Positions 38,113-49,587 of a stretch of 53,519 nt of DNA are shown here, piece by piece. The stretch is taken from positions 1,751,321 through 1,804,839 of the forward strand of contig NC_068981.1 of assembly GCF_001194135.2 (NCBI RefSeq). Reading direction: 5' to 3'. The notes below the pieces were generated by a model. It was not told the origin of the DNA, made no database searches, and saw nothing but the letters and a program-made list of their open reading frames with translations. Both the position numbers and the translations under genes were made by a program. Origin of the DNA: Octopus bimaculoides. Its lineage: Eukaryota. Every line of letters begins with the position of its first letter. The first letter of the stretch is position 1.

Positions 38113-39574
38113 CTGTCTGTCTGTATGTGTGTATGTGCATGTATGCCTGTTTGCATATGTGCGAATATGTGTATATGTCTATGCGTGTATATGCGCATTT
38201 ATATATGCATATATATGTGTATGTGCATGTGTGTATATATATGTGCATATATGAGTGTATATGTGAATATGTGACTGCACTGATGTCTATGTGTTTTTGA
38301 TACAAAAGTGTATATGCATCGTTACTATTTACGTGTGTGCACGTCTATGTGTACTCCACATGTCCGTGTTTTCAGGCCAGTAACCCCCCGGAAATGTTTT
38401 ACAGATTTTCCCTGTACCTCTAATCGATTGTATTTGGTAAATGAAAATCGATTTACTTCTATTCGTTCTTGGAAAACGTCAGCTTTTCTTGGATTTTTGT
38501 TTTTATACAAAACTATTGTAACGTCAGTAGCGTAGTTACAGAGAGATGAAAGAGCGACCCACAACAGGTGACTCTCTTATGAGGCGGCATTTTTGGGCCT
38601 GTTATATAAGCCTGTATAGACTTACGGACCAGGTGGGAGCGGCGAACTTAAGGGCTTCACTGGGCGGTAAACACTTTAGCTATGTCATTGTGTTACGCAG
38701 GCCCAATGCACCTATTATAATAAATGAAAAACTTATAATAAGAGTTACAATATTTCTGTCTTTCAGGGTTATTTCTCCTTCGTTAGAAGAGAATGAAAGA
38801 CGGTCTCGCACGACTCGACACCATCCTCCATTTTCTCCTGACGAAATGCTTTTAACCCCGGAATATAGAAACATAAATGAAGTGCAATTCGTTGTTTTGT
38901 CTTTATTATTTCTGTTTTCACGCCTCTGTTTCCATTTGCATTGTATTAGCTTTTGAACAATTTCAATATTAACCTTACATAAAACACAACACGAGTATAT
39001 ATGTGTGTGTGTATAGGTATGTATGAATATATGTTGATATGCATGTATTATAATACACCAACAACAAAAACAAAAGGAATGACATATGTATCTTCGTTAT
39101 TGTTGTCTAATTTGCAACGATAGAAATTTGTTTTATTGTTCGAAATCGACATTTTTATTGAGAAAATTCTGAGAATTAAAAACAAAAATCACAGACGTAT
39201 ATACATACATACGTACATACATGCATACATGCAGACATATAATATATATATATATATATATATAATAACAGACATATAATATACGTGCGTAGTTATGTTT
39301 TTTTGTTTTTTTTAGATTTTTCAAATGAATCGATACCTTTAGTTATAAGGAGTGCTGCCGAAATATTGAACTCTGTTTATAAAGAAAGATCTTGGTATTA
39401 AAAAGGAAACAAAGCTACATTGTTAGAGATTTAAGTAATAGAATAACTGTCACACATTTATGTTTCACTCATGTTTACATTGTAATGTGTGTGCGTGTGT
39501 GTGTATATTTATATATACATGTAAAATACATATAGATATGTGTGCATATTGCATATTTATATATATGTATGTGC

Positions 39575-39612
<38 letters not shown>

Positions 39613-39622
39613 NNNNNNNNNN

Positions 39623-39654
<32 letters not shown>

Positions 39655-39657
<3 letters not shown>

Positions 39658-40058
39658 TTTTACTCTTTTACTTGTTACAGTCATTTGACTGCGGCCATGC
39701 TGGACTACCGCCTTCAGTCGAGCAAATCGACCCCGAGACTTATTCTTTGTAAGCCTAGTACTTATTCTGTTGGATCTCTTTTGCCGAACCGCTAGGTTAC
39801 GAAGACGTAAACACACCAGCATCGGTTGTCAAGCGATGTCATGAGGGGGGGGGGGACAAACAGACACACACACATATACATATATATACATATCCGACAG
39901 GCCTTTTCCAGTTTCCGCCTACCAAATCCACTCACAAGACTTTGGTCGGCCCGAGGCTATAGTAGAAGACACTTGCCCAAGGTGCCACGCAGTGGGACTG
40001 AACCCAGGATCATGTGGTTGGTAAGCAAGCTACTTACCACACAGCTACTCCTGGGCCT
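39655..40058 (-). mobile_element. Family B SINE, full length
   Basis: Near-identical organisation to 33568-33976. Confidence 0.9.
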
Positions 40059-40134
40059 ATATATATATTATATGCATATAATGCATATAAATATATATGT
40101 ATTTGTGTATAATATATTATGTATGTATATATGA

Positions 40135-40178
<44 letters not shown>

Positions 40179-41339
40179 CCGAGTGGCATTATCCTCCAGT
40201 TGTTAATCAGTTTGATTCTTGTGTTCTTTGAGGTATCGTTTTGACAAAAATAGTTGGTTTGCCCGGAAGACACCTAAATTACATCAAAATAGCGAGAGCA
40301 AGATCTGTTAGTAACAAGTTGATGATGATGATGATGATAGCAAGTGCTCAACTGGTACCTGTTTTAACCACTCCGAAAGAGTGAAAGGTAAAGTCGATTT
40401 CAGCGGCATTTGAAATATAATAATAAAGAGGAGGAGGGGGAGGAGGAGGAATCATTAGTGCGTCGGAAAAAAAATTCACGCTGTATTTCTTGCAGTTCTT
40501 ACGTTCTGGTTTCAAATTCAACCGAGTTCAAGCTGGCCTTTCATCCCTTCGGATGTGTGTGTGTGTGTGTGTGTGTGAGTGAGTGTGTGTGTTTGTGAGT
40601 GAGTGTGTGTGTGTGTATCCATCCATGCATGTGCATAGTGTTTGTGATGTATGTATGTGTATGTGTTTGTGTGTACGTCTTGTAACTGAAAACCGCTGTT
40701 ATCCTTGTTGCGATAAAATGATGGTTGTAACAATAGATCAAACATAAGTACGGAGCTACGTAACGCTAAAAAACGCATCTTTGAATCTTTCTACCATTCC
40801 TTTTAAATTTCTTTTGCAAACTCTTTGGAACTGATGCTGTCTTCCACACAACTGATCCTTCGTAAAATGGCTACTCATGATATAGTAAACACGAGACAAT
40901 CTCATCTATTATTTTTCGTTTTGAAAAAAAAAAAAACAACGAAAATCTTATGCTTAGAAAACAAAATAAAAACGCGGAAACGAGGTGGCTTTAACGGCGG
41001 ATTAAGTATTGCTCGCTTTAATTATGTCGCTAATCTCTGCCTCTATAATACCCATGTTATATACTTGTATGTGGTTTCGTATTACTAAATTAAAATTCCT
41101 CGTAGATTCGTTTGTAATCCGTCGCGGTCGATAAAATAAATACCAACTAAAACACCTCGGTCGTTTCTTTAGTGAATAAGAAAAGGAGGCGAGTGAGCTG
41201 CTGAATATTCTACGCAAAATATATTTAATTGGTTGAAACTTTACCTCTTAGTTGGTGAAAGAGAAGCAAAACAGAATATGGCTACAGTTGTGATTGACTC
41301 TGAAAAAAAAGGGAGATAATTCGCGAAGCTGAGGGTTAA

Positions 41340-41730
41340 TTTCTTTTATCTTTTACTTGTTTCAGTCATTAGACTGCGGCCATGCTGGGGCACCTCCTCG
41401 AAGAACTTTTAGTCAGTTGAATTGACTATTTTATGAAAGCCTGGTGCTTATTCTGTCGGTGCCTTTTGCCGAACCGCTAAGTTACTGGGATGTAAAAACA
41501 CCAACAACGGTTAAATAGTGATGGTGGTGGTGGTGGTGGACACAAACACCCCCCACACACACGCACGCACATATAAATAGATATACGACGGGCTTCTTTC
41601 AGTTTCCGTCTACCAAATCCACTCACAAGGCTTTGGTCAACCCGAGGCTATAGTGGAAGACACTTGCCCAAGGTGCTACGCAGTGGGACTGAACCCGGAA
41701 CGGTGTGGCTGTTAAGCAAACTCCTTACAT
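41340..41730 (-). mobile_element. Family B SINE, full length
   Basis: Both halves with internal (CA)/(TA) tract at about 41550-41585. Confidence 0.85.
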
Positions 41731-42103
41731 CTACATATAGAACCTAAAATGCAATTTTGTTTTTATTTATTTGTATTTGTTATATTTGCTAGTAAAACAT
41801 TTATATTTATTCAAATACATTTCTTAAAATGAATTAATTTTCTAATCAATAAATACTTCCAATATCTATTGCTGTGATTGCGGTTAATATAAACAATATT
41901 CTCGTTTTTGTTTTTTATTTTTGTTTTTGTTTTTCTATCTGGAAAATGTTACACAATATATGACATCTTCCTTGACAAAATATGCTTCTGAGCAGAATTT
42001 CAAATCCATCGGTGCAAAACTTTAACCCGCAGTCTTGGATCACTCATACATCCATTGGATTTCGTATACATGCACACATTCACTGTTATATTTCTGTTTT
42101 CAG

Positions 42104-42210
42104 AACACATCATATGAACTAAAAGACAGCACTGACGCCTGGCGGGGGATCACTCAATCAGGAGCATGTTACCCATACGAACCTTCAATGACGTATTCTT
42201 ACGGTGGAAC
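42104..42210 (+). CDS. Irx: Iroquois homeobox gene, internal coding exon (equivalent to exon 3)
   Basis: TTTCTGTTTTCAG acceptor ending 42103; GTAAGT donor at 42211; 107 nt, phase 0/2. Translates NTSYELKDSTDAWRGITQSGACYPYEPSMTYSYGG(T). Joins in frame to both neighbouring exons and resembles the IRX4/6 linker (..YYPYEP..). Too short for the ORF track. Confidence 0.9.
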
Positions 42211-42532
42211 GTAAGTATTTAGTTTCCCATGTTCTGAGTCACAAAATGAAATGAATCTCAGCAGATTATTCATTGGAATATGAATTTTTTAGAACCTCCA
42301 GGAGAAATCCGATCGTTTCTTGGTATATTACAAATTGTACGTTTATGAACAGTAGGCTCTTGGAGGAAGGATTTCTACTTTTAGTCATCACCTATGTTCC
42401 AATGGCATCAACCATAAGGACCAGCGAGGTCGATACGGCTGATGATCTTCAGTAACCAAAAGACGACAGCTTCAGGGAAAGAGCAGAGACGGGGTGGGAA
42501 TTAGATAGATAGATAGACAGATAGATTGAAAG

Positions 42533-42569
<37 letters not shown>

Positions 42570-42625
42570 TAGATAGGTAGATAAATAGATACTAGATAGG
42601 TAGGTAGGTAGGTAGAGAGAAGGGA

Positions 42626-42660
<35 letters not shown>

Positions 42661-42714
42661 CAGAGAGAGGGAGATAGAGAGAGAGAGCGAGAGAGAGAGA
42701 GATGGAGAGATTGA

Positions 42715-42778
<64 letters not shown>

Positions 42779-42784
42779 TAGATC

Positions 42785-42880
42785 TGCGTGGTAAGACGTT
42801 TTCCTCCCAACCACATGGTGCCGTTTCAGTGCCACTGCGTGGCACCATGGGCCAGTGTCTTCTACAATAGCCCTGACCTC
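42785..42880 (+). mobile_element. Family B SINE, 5' fragment
   Basis: GTGGTAAG...TTCAGTGCCACTGCGTGGCACCATGGGCCAGTGTCTTCTACAATAGCC. Confidence 0.75.
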
Positions 42881-43021
42881 AGCTTCTAGCTAGATCCAGT
42901 AAAAGTGATATGCATTAAATGTGTCTTGAACTTCAGATAAAAATTTGTTTAGACGTTCTTTGAAGACCTTTACTACCCCACGCAAACCCGTGAGATTGTT
43001 TGGCATAAAGTTGAACATTTG

Positions 43022-43475
43022 AAGGCGGCGAGCTGGCAGAAACGTTAGCACGCCGGGCGAAATGCTTAGCGGTATTTCGTCAGCCGTTACGTTCTGAGTT
43101 CAAATTCTGCCGAGGTCGACTTTGCTTTTCATCCTTTCAGGGTCGATAAATTAAGTATCAGTTACGCACTGGGGTCGATATAATCGACTTAATCCCTTTG
43201 TCTGTCCTTGTTTGTCCCCTCTATGTTCAGCCCCTTGTGGACAATAAAGAAATAAGAAACGCTAGCACGCCGGGCGAATTGCTTAGCGGTATTTCGTCAG
43301 CCGTTACGTTCTGAGTTCAAATTCCGCCGAGGCCGAATTTGTCTTTCATCCTCTCGGGGTCGATAAATTAAGTATCAGTTACGCACTGGGGTCGATATAA
43401 TCTACTTAATCCCTTTGTCTGTCCTTGTTTGTCCCCTCTATGTTTAGCACCCTCTGTAGGCAGTAAAGAAATAAG
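43022..43475 (+). mobile_element. Family A SINE dimer (tail 1 plus tail 1) inserted as one unit
   Basis: Two near-identical units joined at AAGAAATAA|GAAACGCTAGC near 43255; perfect 15-bp TSD AAAGTTGAACATTTG at 43007-43021 and 43476-43490. Confidence 0.92.
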
Positions 43476-44138
43476 AAAGTTGAACATTTGTGGACCTTTA
43501 AAACCCGAGCTATTACAACACTGGGTCCTTATTCTAGATGGAAAAGACCCGATCTTTGCTACTATACAGTGCCGTCCAGTTGGGCGGTTGATATAGATTT
43601 CAGTTCCAAAATTGGGATTTAGACTTACCAGAATCCTCCATATCATTGCATATCTTTTACGGTTTCTGTTTAGTCAGTGGAGCTTCAGTTCCTTGGAAGA
43701 GCTTCAACAACCTTCCCCTCCCCCCATACACATTTTCTTATTTCATTATTCTACCTTACACCTACCATACATTTGATTCAGCCCTACATATTTTTTTTAT
43801 TTATTTGCATCTTTCTCTTTAGTTATTTATATGTATGTTGTTTTTTTTTGCCTTTTATCAACAATTTAATTCCACCTATTTGAAGTATTGTGCACCACCT
43901 TTGATAACTACAACCTGAACCTGTACGCATGCGCGCGTACATTAGTAAGTATGTATGTATAAGTATTTTCTTGTAATCGCCTCTACCCCTCTTTTATAGC
44001 ACAGCTTGAAGAGCCAATTCTGGCGAAACTTCGAGTTGACTCATAATTTAAAACAAAATTAAAATATTCAACTCTGTTTTACTTATTCAGTTCCTTATTC
44101 AGCTAAGTTTTATTATTTTTATGTTTAAAACCTATCTC

Positions 44139-44211
<73 letters not shown>

Positions 44212-44550
44212 NNNNNNNNNNNNNNNNNNNNNNNNNNNNNNNNNNNNNNNNNNNNNNNNNNNNNNNNNNNNNNNNNNNNNNNNNNNNNNNNNNNNNNNNN
44301 NNNNNNNNNNNNNNNNNNNNNNNNNNNNNNNNNNNNNNNNNNNNNNNNNNNNNNNNNNNNNNNNNNNNNNNNNNNNNNNNNNNNNNNNNNNNNNNNNNNN
44401 NNNNNNNNNNNNNNNNNNNNNNNNNNNNNNNNNNNNNNNNNNNNNNNNNNNNNNNNNNNNNNNNNNNNNNNNNNNNNNNNNNNNNNNNNNNNNNNNNNNN
44501 NNNNNNNNNNNNNNNNNNNNNNNNNNNNNNNNNNNNNNNNNNNNNNNNNT

Positions 44551-45077
44551 AACGTGCTTTCACTTCACTACCGAGCGCAGATCTGTGTGCCTTGGGTATG
44601 TGCTGTGGTTTGCTGTGATGCTCTTATGGTTACTGTATTGAAAGTGTTTTGCGTAGGATGTGTGCAGTGCCCAGTAGTGCAATTTTCTCTATGTTATATA
44701 TATTTGTAAGTCCTGGTGTTTTTGTTATGTATTTATCTGAATATATTTTTATTATACCTAAGGCACCTAATATGACAGGAATTGTTTCTGTTTTTAGATT
44801 CCACATTCGAGTTACCTCTATTTCCAGGTCTTTGCATTTTGAAAGTTTCTCCATTTCTTTTAGAGAAACGTTGTCATCTGCTGGTATTAATACATCAATT
44901 AGAAAGCATTTTTTCCTTCTTGATCTCTGACAACTATATCTGGCCTATTGGCTTTAATTTCGCTATCTGTGTGTATTGGCATATCCCATAGTATGGTTGC
45001 TTTCTCGTTTTCTGTGACCTTTTCTGGCGTGTGCCTATACCATCTTTTTTCTGTTGTTATTCCATAGTGTTGGCATA
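44551..45077 (-). mobile_element. Dong/R4-clade non-LTR retrotransposon, 5'-truncated 3' end (restriction-like endonuclease region)
   Basis: ICQHYGITTEKRWYRHTPEKVTENEKATILWDMPIHTDSEIKANRPDIVV, a frameshift, then FLIDVLIPADDNVSLKEMEKLSKCKDLEIEVTRMW...IPVILGALG...ALLGTAHILRKTLSIQ*: PD..D..K nuclease motif; 5' end abuts (TAA)n. Confidence 0.88.
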
Positions 45078-45101
45078 TTATTATTATCATTATTATTATT
45101 A

Positions 45102-45148
<47 letters not shown>

Positions 45149-45569
45149 GAGTGAGAGAGCAGTGCATGTCACCAAAGTAACACTGGGGTACAAGTATTCG
45201 AAGCCCAATATACCCATCATGACTACCCGTCTGATAAGGGCACACCAGGCACATGCATCACAACCATATGTGCGTGACACGGTGATCTTATATCAAGATA
45301 AACAGCGCATGACCTTGCAGGTGGGGCCCAGTTAGAATTTTCTTCAGGTCGAGTAGCCCATTGTGCTCAAAAGGTCTTCAAATAAGATTCGTTTAAGGAT
45401 GATGAACAATACACCTATGTTTGCAGAAGTGAATTGTTCAAACCCCAAAGAATTCCTCTCAACACAAGCTCGTGATTAGAGGTGCATATATCGTCGGCCA
45501 CTATGCGACATGCTCAACTGGTTAAGATCAAAAACCATGTGAGACAGTGCCTCGTACTGCATCAGAACA
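45149..45569 (-). mobile_element. Unclassified non-coding element E, copy 1 (internally deleted), in (TAA)n
   Basis: Highly similar to 50888-51442 with the same two ends; TAA tracts on both sides. Orientation assumed from the neighbouring Dong elements. Confidence 0.75.
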
Positions 45570-45611
45570 TTATTATTATTATTATTGTTGTTGTTGTTGT
45601 TGTTGTTGTTG

Positions 45612-46236
45612 TCATTGCCTTTGCACAGCTCCTAACGCTGCAGATGTACTACGGTGTCAGCTGTTCACTACCAGTGAACTAAGATAACACCCCTTATTTT
45701 TCGAGCACCTTCCAGAGTATTCGAGCGGTTCCAAGAGGTGCTGTTTTCTGCAAGTGCTCCACCCTTATTGCAGCCCCTATTTGTTCCACGTACTTCTCAA
45801 GATTTTTGCTCGCTGTTCCCAGGGCTCTGACAATTATTGGTACTACTGCTACCTTTTTCCTCGACCACAGCTGCTTAACTTCCCAAGCTAACCTGCCATA
45901 TCTCTCGACTTTTCTCTCTTCCTTATCGCATACCTTGTTGACAGCTGAGCATGTTATATCTATGATCCAGCATAGTTTGCTTTCTTTCTCAATCAACACT
46001 ATGTCCGGCTTCCTATTCTCTATCTCATGGTCGCACTGAATCAGAAAGTTCCATAGGATCTTTGTATTATCATTTTCGATGATGCCTTCAGGTTTGTGGT
46101 CATACCAATTTTTTGCTCTGTCAAGTTCATACTTGTTGCAGAGTGTTTAATGGACAAGCCTGGCTATATTGTCGTGGCGTCTCTTATATTCTTTCTGGTC
46201 TAGTGGCGTACATTGGCTGGTTATATGCCATGCGGT
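45612..46236 (-). mobile_element. Second Dong/R4-clade LINE 3' fragment (different subfamily)
   Basis: HITSQCTPLDQKEYKRRHDNIARLVH*TLCNKY...WYDHKPEGIIENDNTKILWNFLIQCDHEIENRKPDIVLIEKESKLCWIIDI...VVPIIVRALG...LQKTAPLGTARILWKVLEK*; in-frame stop; (TAA)n at the 5' end, (AAC)n(AAT)n at the 3' end. Confidence 0.88.
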
Positions 46237-46399
46237 TTATTATTATTATTATTATATGCACACATACACGCACACAAGTATGTGTGTATGTGTTTGTGCG
46301 TATATTATTTATGCTATATCTATGTGTGTATGTATACAGTATCTGTATATGTGCGTCTATCTCCGTATAATCCTTTTATTTTCTCTCTCTGCTCTCTAG

Positions 46400-46752
46400 G
46401 TATGGAACGATGGATTTAAATGGCGCTGCCCGGAGGAAAAACGCGACTCGTGAAACTACGAACACTTTAAAAGCATGGCTTTACGAACACCGAAAAAACC
46501 CCTACCCAACGAAAGGAGAGAAAATTATGTTGGCTATAATCACAAAAATGACCCTTACCCAGGTGTCCACCTGGTTTGCGAATGCCAGGCGAAGACTTAA
46601 GAAAGAGAATAAAATGACGTGGTCCCCTCGGAATCGTTGTGGTGACAATGATGACGGAGACGGTCGAGATAAAGCTGGTGACAGCGACAGTGATGATCTT
46701 AAGGAGAAAGATGAGAATATGAAGAAAATCAACGGACTGGACACCACTGACA
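46400..46752 (+). CDS. Irx: Iroquois homeobox gene, TALE homeodomain exon plus acidic patch (IRX4/6/mirror-like)
   Basis: CTCTCTAG acceptor ending 46399; GTAAGC donor at 46753; phase 2/1. Translates [92 protein letters not shown], the diagnostic Irx homeodomain. The ORF-track extension past 46752 is read-through into intronic microsatellite. Confidence 0.98.
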
Positions 46753-47593
46753 GTAAGCTAAGTTATTCATTATATAACACACACACACACACACACACAC
46801 ATCTTTTGCATAAACGCTGTACATACTTACTGAAAGAGAGAGAAAGAGGGAGAGAGAGAGAGAAAGAGGGAGAGAGAGAGAGAGAGAAAGAGGGAGAAAG
46901 AGGGAGAGAGAGAAATCAGTAGAAAGGGAGTTTGTGTTTTTATAAATACCAGATAACAATTTCTGGTCGGTTGTGCTTCAAATCAATTTTACTCTTTGTC
47001 TTAGATTTTACCAAAATCAGATATGAATCTGATGATTCTTAACCTTTATCAATTCCATGTTCGTTATGTTTCTGGCTTCCCTCTTGTCCATTCGTAAATT
47101 GCATNNNNNNNNNNNNNNNNNNNNNNNNNNNNNNNNNNNNNNNNNNNNNNNNNNNNNNNNNNNNNNNNNNNNNNNNNNNNNNNNNNNNNNNNNNNNNNNN
47201 NNNNNNNNNNNNNNNNNNNNNNNNNNNNNNNNNNNNNNNNNNNNNNNNNNNNNNNNNNNNNNNNNNNNNNNNNNNNNNNNNNNNNNNNNNNNNNNNNNNN
47301 NNNNNNNNNNNNNNNNNNNNNNNNNNNNNNNNNNNNNNNNNNNNNNNNNNNNNNNNNNNNNNNNNNNNNNNNNNNNNNNNNNNNNNNNNNNNNNNNNNNN
47401 NNNNNNNNNNNNNNNNNNNNNNNNNNNNNNNNNNNNNNNNNNNNNNNNNNNNNNNNNNNNNNNNNNNNNNNNNNNNNNNNNNNNNNNNNNNNNNNNNNNN
47501 NNNNNNNNNNNNNNNNNNNNNNNNNNNNNNNNNNNNNNNNNNNNNNNNNNNNNNNNNNNNNNNNNNNNNNNNNNNNNNNNNNNNNNNNNNNNN

Positions 47594-47673
<80 letters not shown>

Positions 47674-48222
47674 CGTGCGCGCGCGTGTAAACATTATAAT
47701 AAATAACAATATAACAATCTGGATCGGCGTCACCACCAATGCAGCAGGCGTGAATCTTGATTTCCCGACACACAAAACACTGATTCATCGAGACGAAAAT
47801 GTTGCTACCATACGTTTGTGAGCTTGTTGTGATTTTTCCTAAAACATACGACTATCTCTTAAGATATGGATTTAAAAAATGGTTTCATTATAGCAAAACT
47901 AATTAACCACACACACACATATATAGCAATGAACCATGTAACACACAGCCACACACACACTCACACATGTAAATGATTGTATATATTAAACATTAGACGT
48001 TTGTCAAGAATAACTCGACCAGAAATGTTTATTTAACAAAGAGCTTAACGAATGTAGTAACACCGTGTGTATGGCGGCTATACATGGCTAAATTCGCTAT
48101 CAGTCACACCAGACTAAGTTTACAGACATGCGTCTACCAAATTATGTAATTAATGTGAACCTGTTTTTACTAAAAGTGTGTATGTGAGAGAGTGTATATA
48201 CGTTTGAGTAAGTATTAATGTG

Positions 48223-48722
48223 GGCAGCTGAGCGCGCTAGGAACCGTATAGGTAAAATATAGTCGTCATTAACTGTGACTCTATGTGCTACCAGCTCATA
48301 TACTGCTAGAAGTAACAGCTAAGCCACTTAGAGTTGCGTAAAAGCACATTTGTATATATATACTGACAGGGTGGACCGTTGCTACATGAGTGAAGCAACG
48401 CTAGAACACCAGACTGCAAAGTTTCATCCCAATGAGAATTGTCGATAGTGTGCCTCCATAGGTTTATATATATATTGACAGCGAAAATTAACTGTTTCAT
48501 GGACGCTTCCCATTATTAGCATGGAGCAGTGCAGTCCGGTGTTCTAGTGTTGCTTCGCTCATGAGGTAGTTATTCACCCTGTCAGTATATACGAATGTGC
48601 CTTTACGCAGCTACAAGTGGTTTAACTGTTATTTCTTGCAACATATGCGTTTGTAGCACGTTCACTCACAGTTAGTGACGACTAAAGTTTTGCCTATACG
48701 GTTTATATTGCATCCAGCTGCC
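48223..48722. repeat. Long imperfect inverted repeat (~200-bp arms, ~110-bp spacer), MITE/foldback-like, in the Irx intron after the homeodomain exon
   Basis: 48223-48418 matches the reverse complement of 48530-48722 (blocks GGCAGCTG, AACCGTATAGG, TAGTCGTCA.TAACTGTGA, TATACTGACAGGGTG, GAAGCAAC.CTAGAACACC.GACTGCA). Confidence 0.85.
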
Positions 48723-48966
48723 ATATAATTCTACGAGTGAGCGGACAAACGAAAGAAAGACACACTCAACACATATAACAGGTGCTACATATATTATTAT
48801 AATTTAAAATAGTTTGACTTGGCTTCATGCGACTTAAAGTTTCGTGGACTTCTTACAAAAACCTTTGCTCGCTCAGGCTCAGGTCACCGAGTAATCTGAA
48901 CGAGCTAGGTTCCTGTAAGAAGCCTACAAAACTTTAAGGTGCATGGACCCGAATCAAATTGTTTTA

Positions 48967-49081
<115 letters not shown>

Positions 49082-49523
49082 TGTATATGGCGTTTTTATA
49101 CCTTTTACCAATAGAGAGAATTCTTTTCTCCACCGTAACTGCAGTGAATTTGCCTTTAGAAGTTGGAATATCACAAGCGTATTCTNNNNNNNNNNNNNNN
49201 NNNNNNNNNNNNNNNNNNNNNNNNNNNNNNNNNNNNNNNNNNNNNNNNNNNNNNNNNNNNNNNNNNNNNNNNNNNNNNNNNNNNNNNNNNNNNNNNNNNN
49301 NNNNNNNNNNNNNNNNNNNNNNNNNNNNNNNNNNNNNNNNNNNNNNNNNNNNNNNNNNNNNNNNNNNNNNNNNNNNNNNNNNNNNNNNNNNNNNNNNNNN
49401 NNNNNNNNNNNNNNNNNNNNNNNNNNNNNNNNNNNNNNNNNNNNNNNNNNNNNNNNNNNNNNNNNNNNNNNNNNNNNNNNNNNNNNNNNNNNNNNNNNNN
49501 NNNNNNNNNNNNNNNNNNNNNNN

Positions 49524-49587
<64 letters not shown>

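Noticed and set aside
38546-38956. 136-aa plus-strand ORF in the Irx intron as an extra exon
   Set aside because: No homology, no compatible donor, and the exon chain already joins in frame without it.
43022-43475. CRISPR-like or satellite array suggested by repeated units
   Set aside because: Two ~220-230-bp SINE monomers in a eukaryotic intron; no short repeats with unique spacers and no cas genes.
45335-45355. CTGAAGA (minus strand) in element E as a hammerhead core; also CTGACGA near 51255
   Set aside because: No helix II closed by GAAA downstream; an HDV-like fold could not be assembled by eye either.
46753-46922. C-terminal extension of the homeodomain ORF ([14 protein letters not shown]...ERGRERNQ)
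   Set aside because: Begins at a good GTAAGC donor and is (CA)n/(GA)n; intronic read-through.
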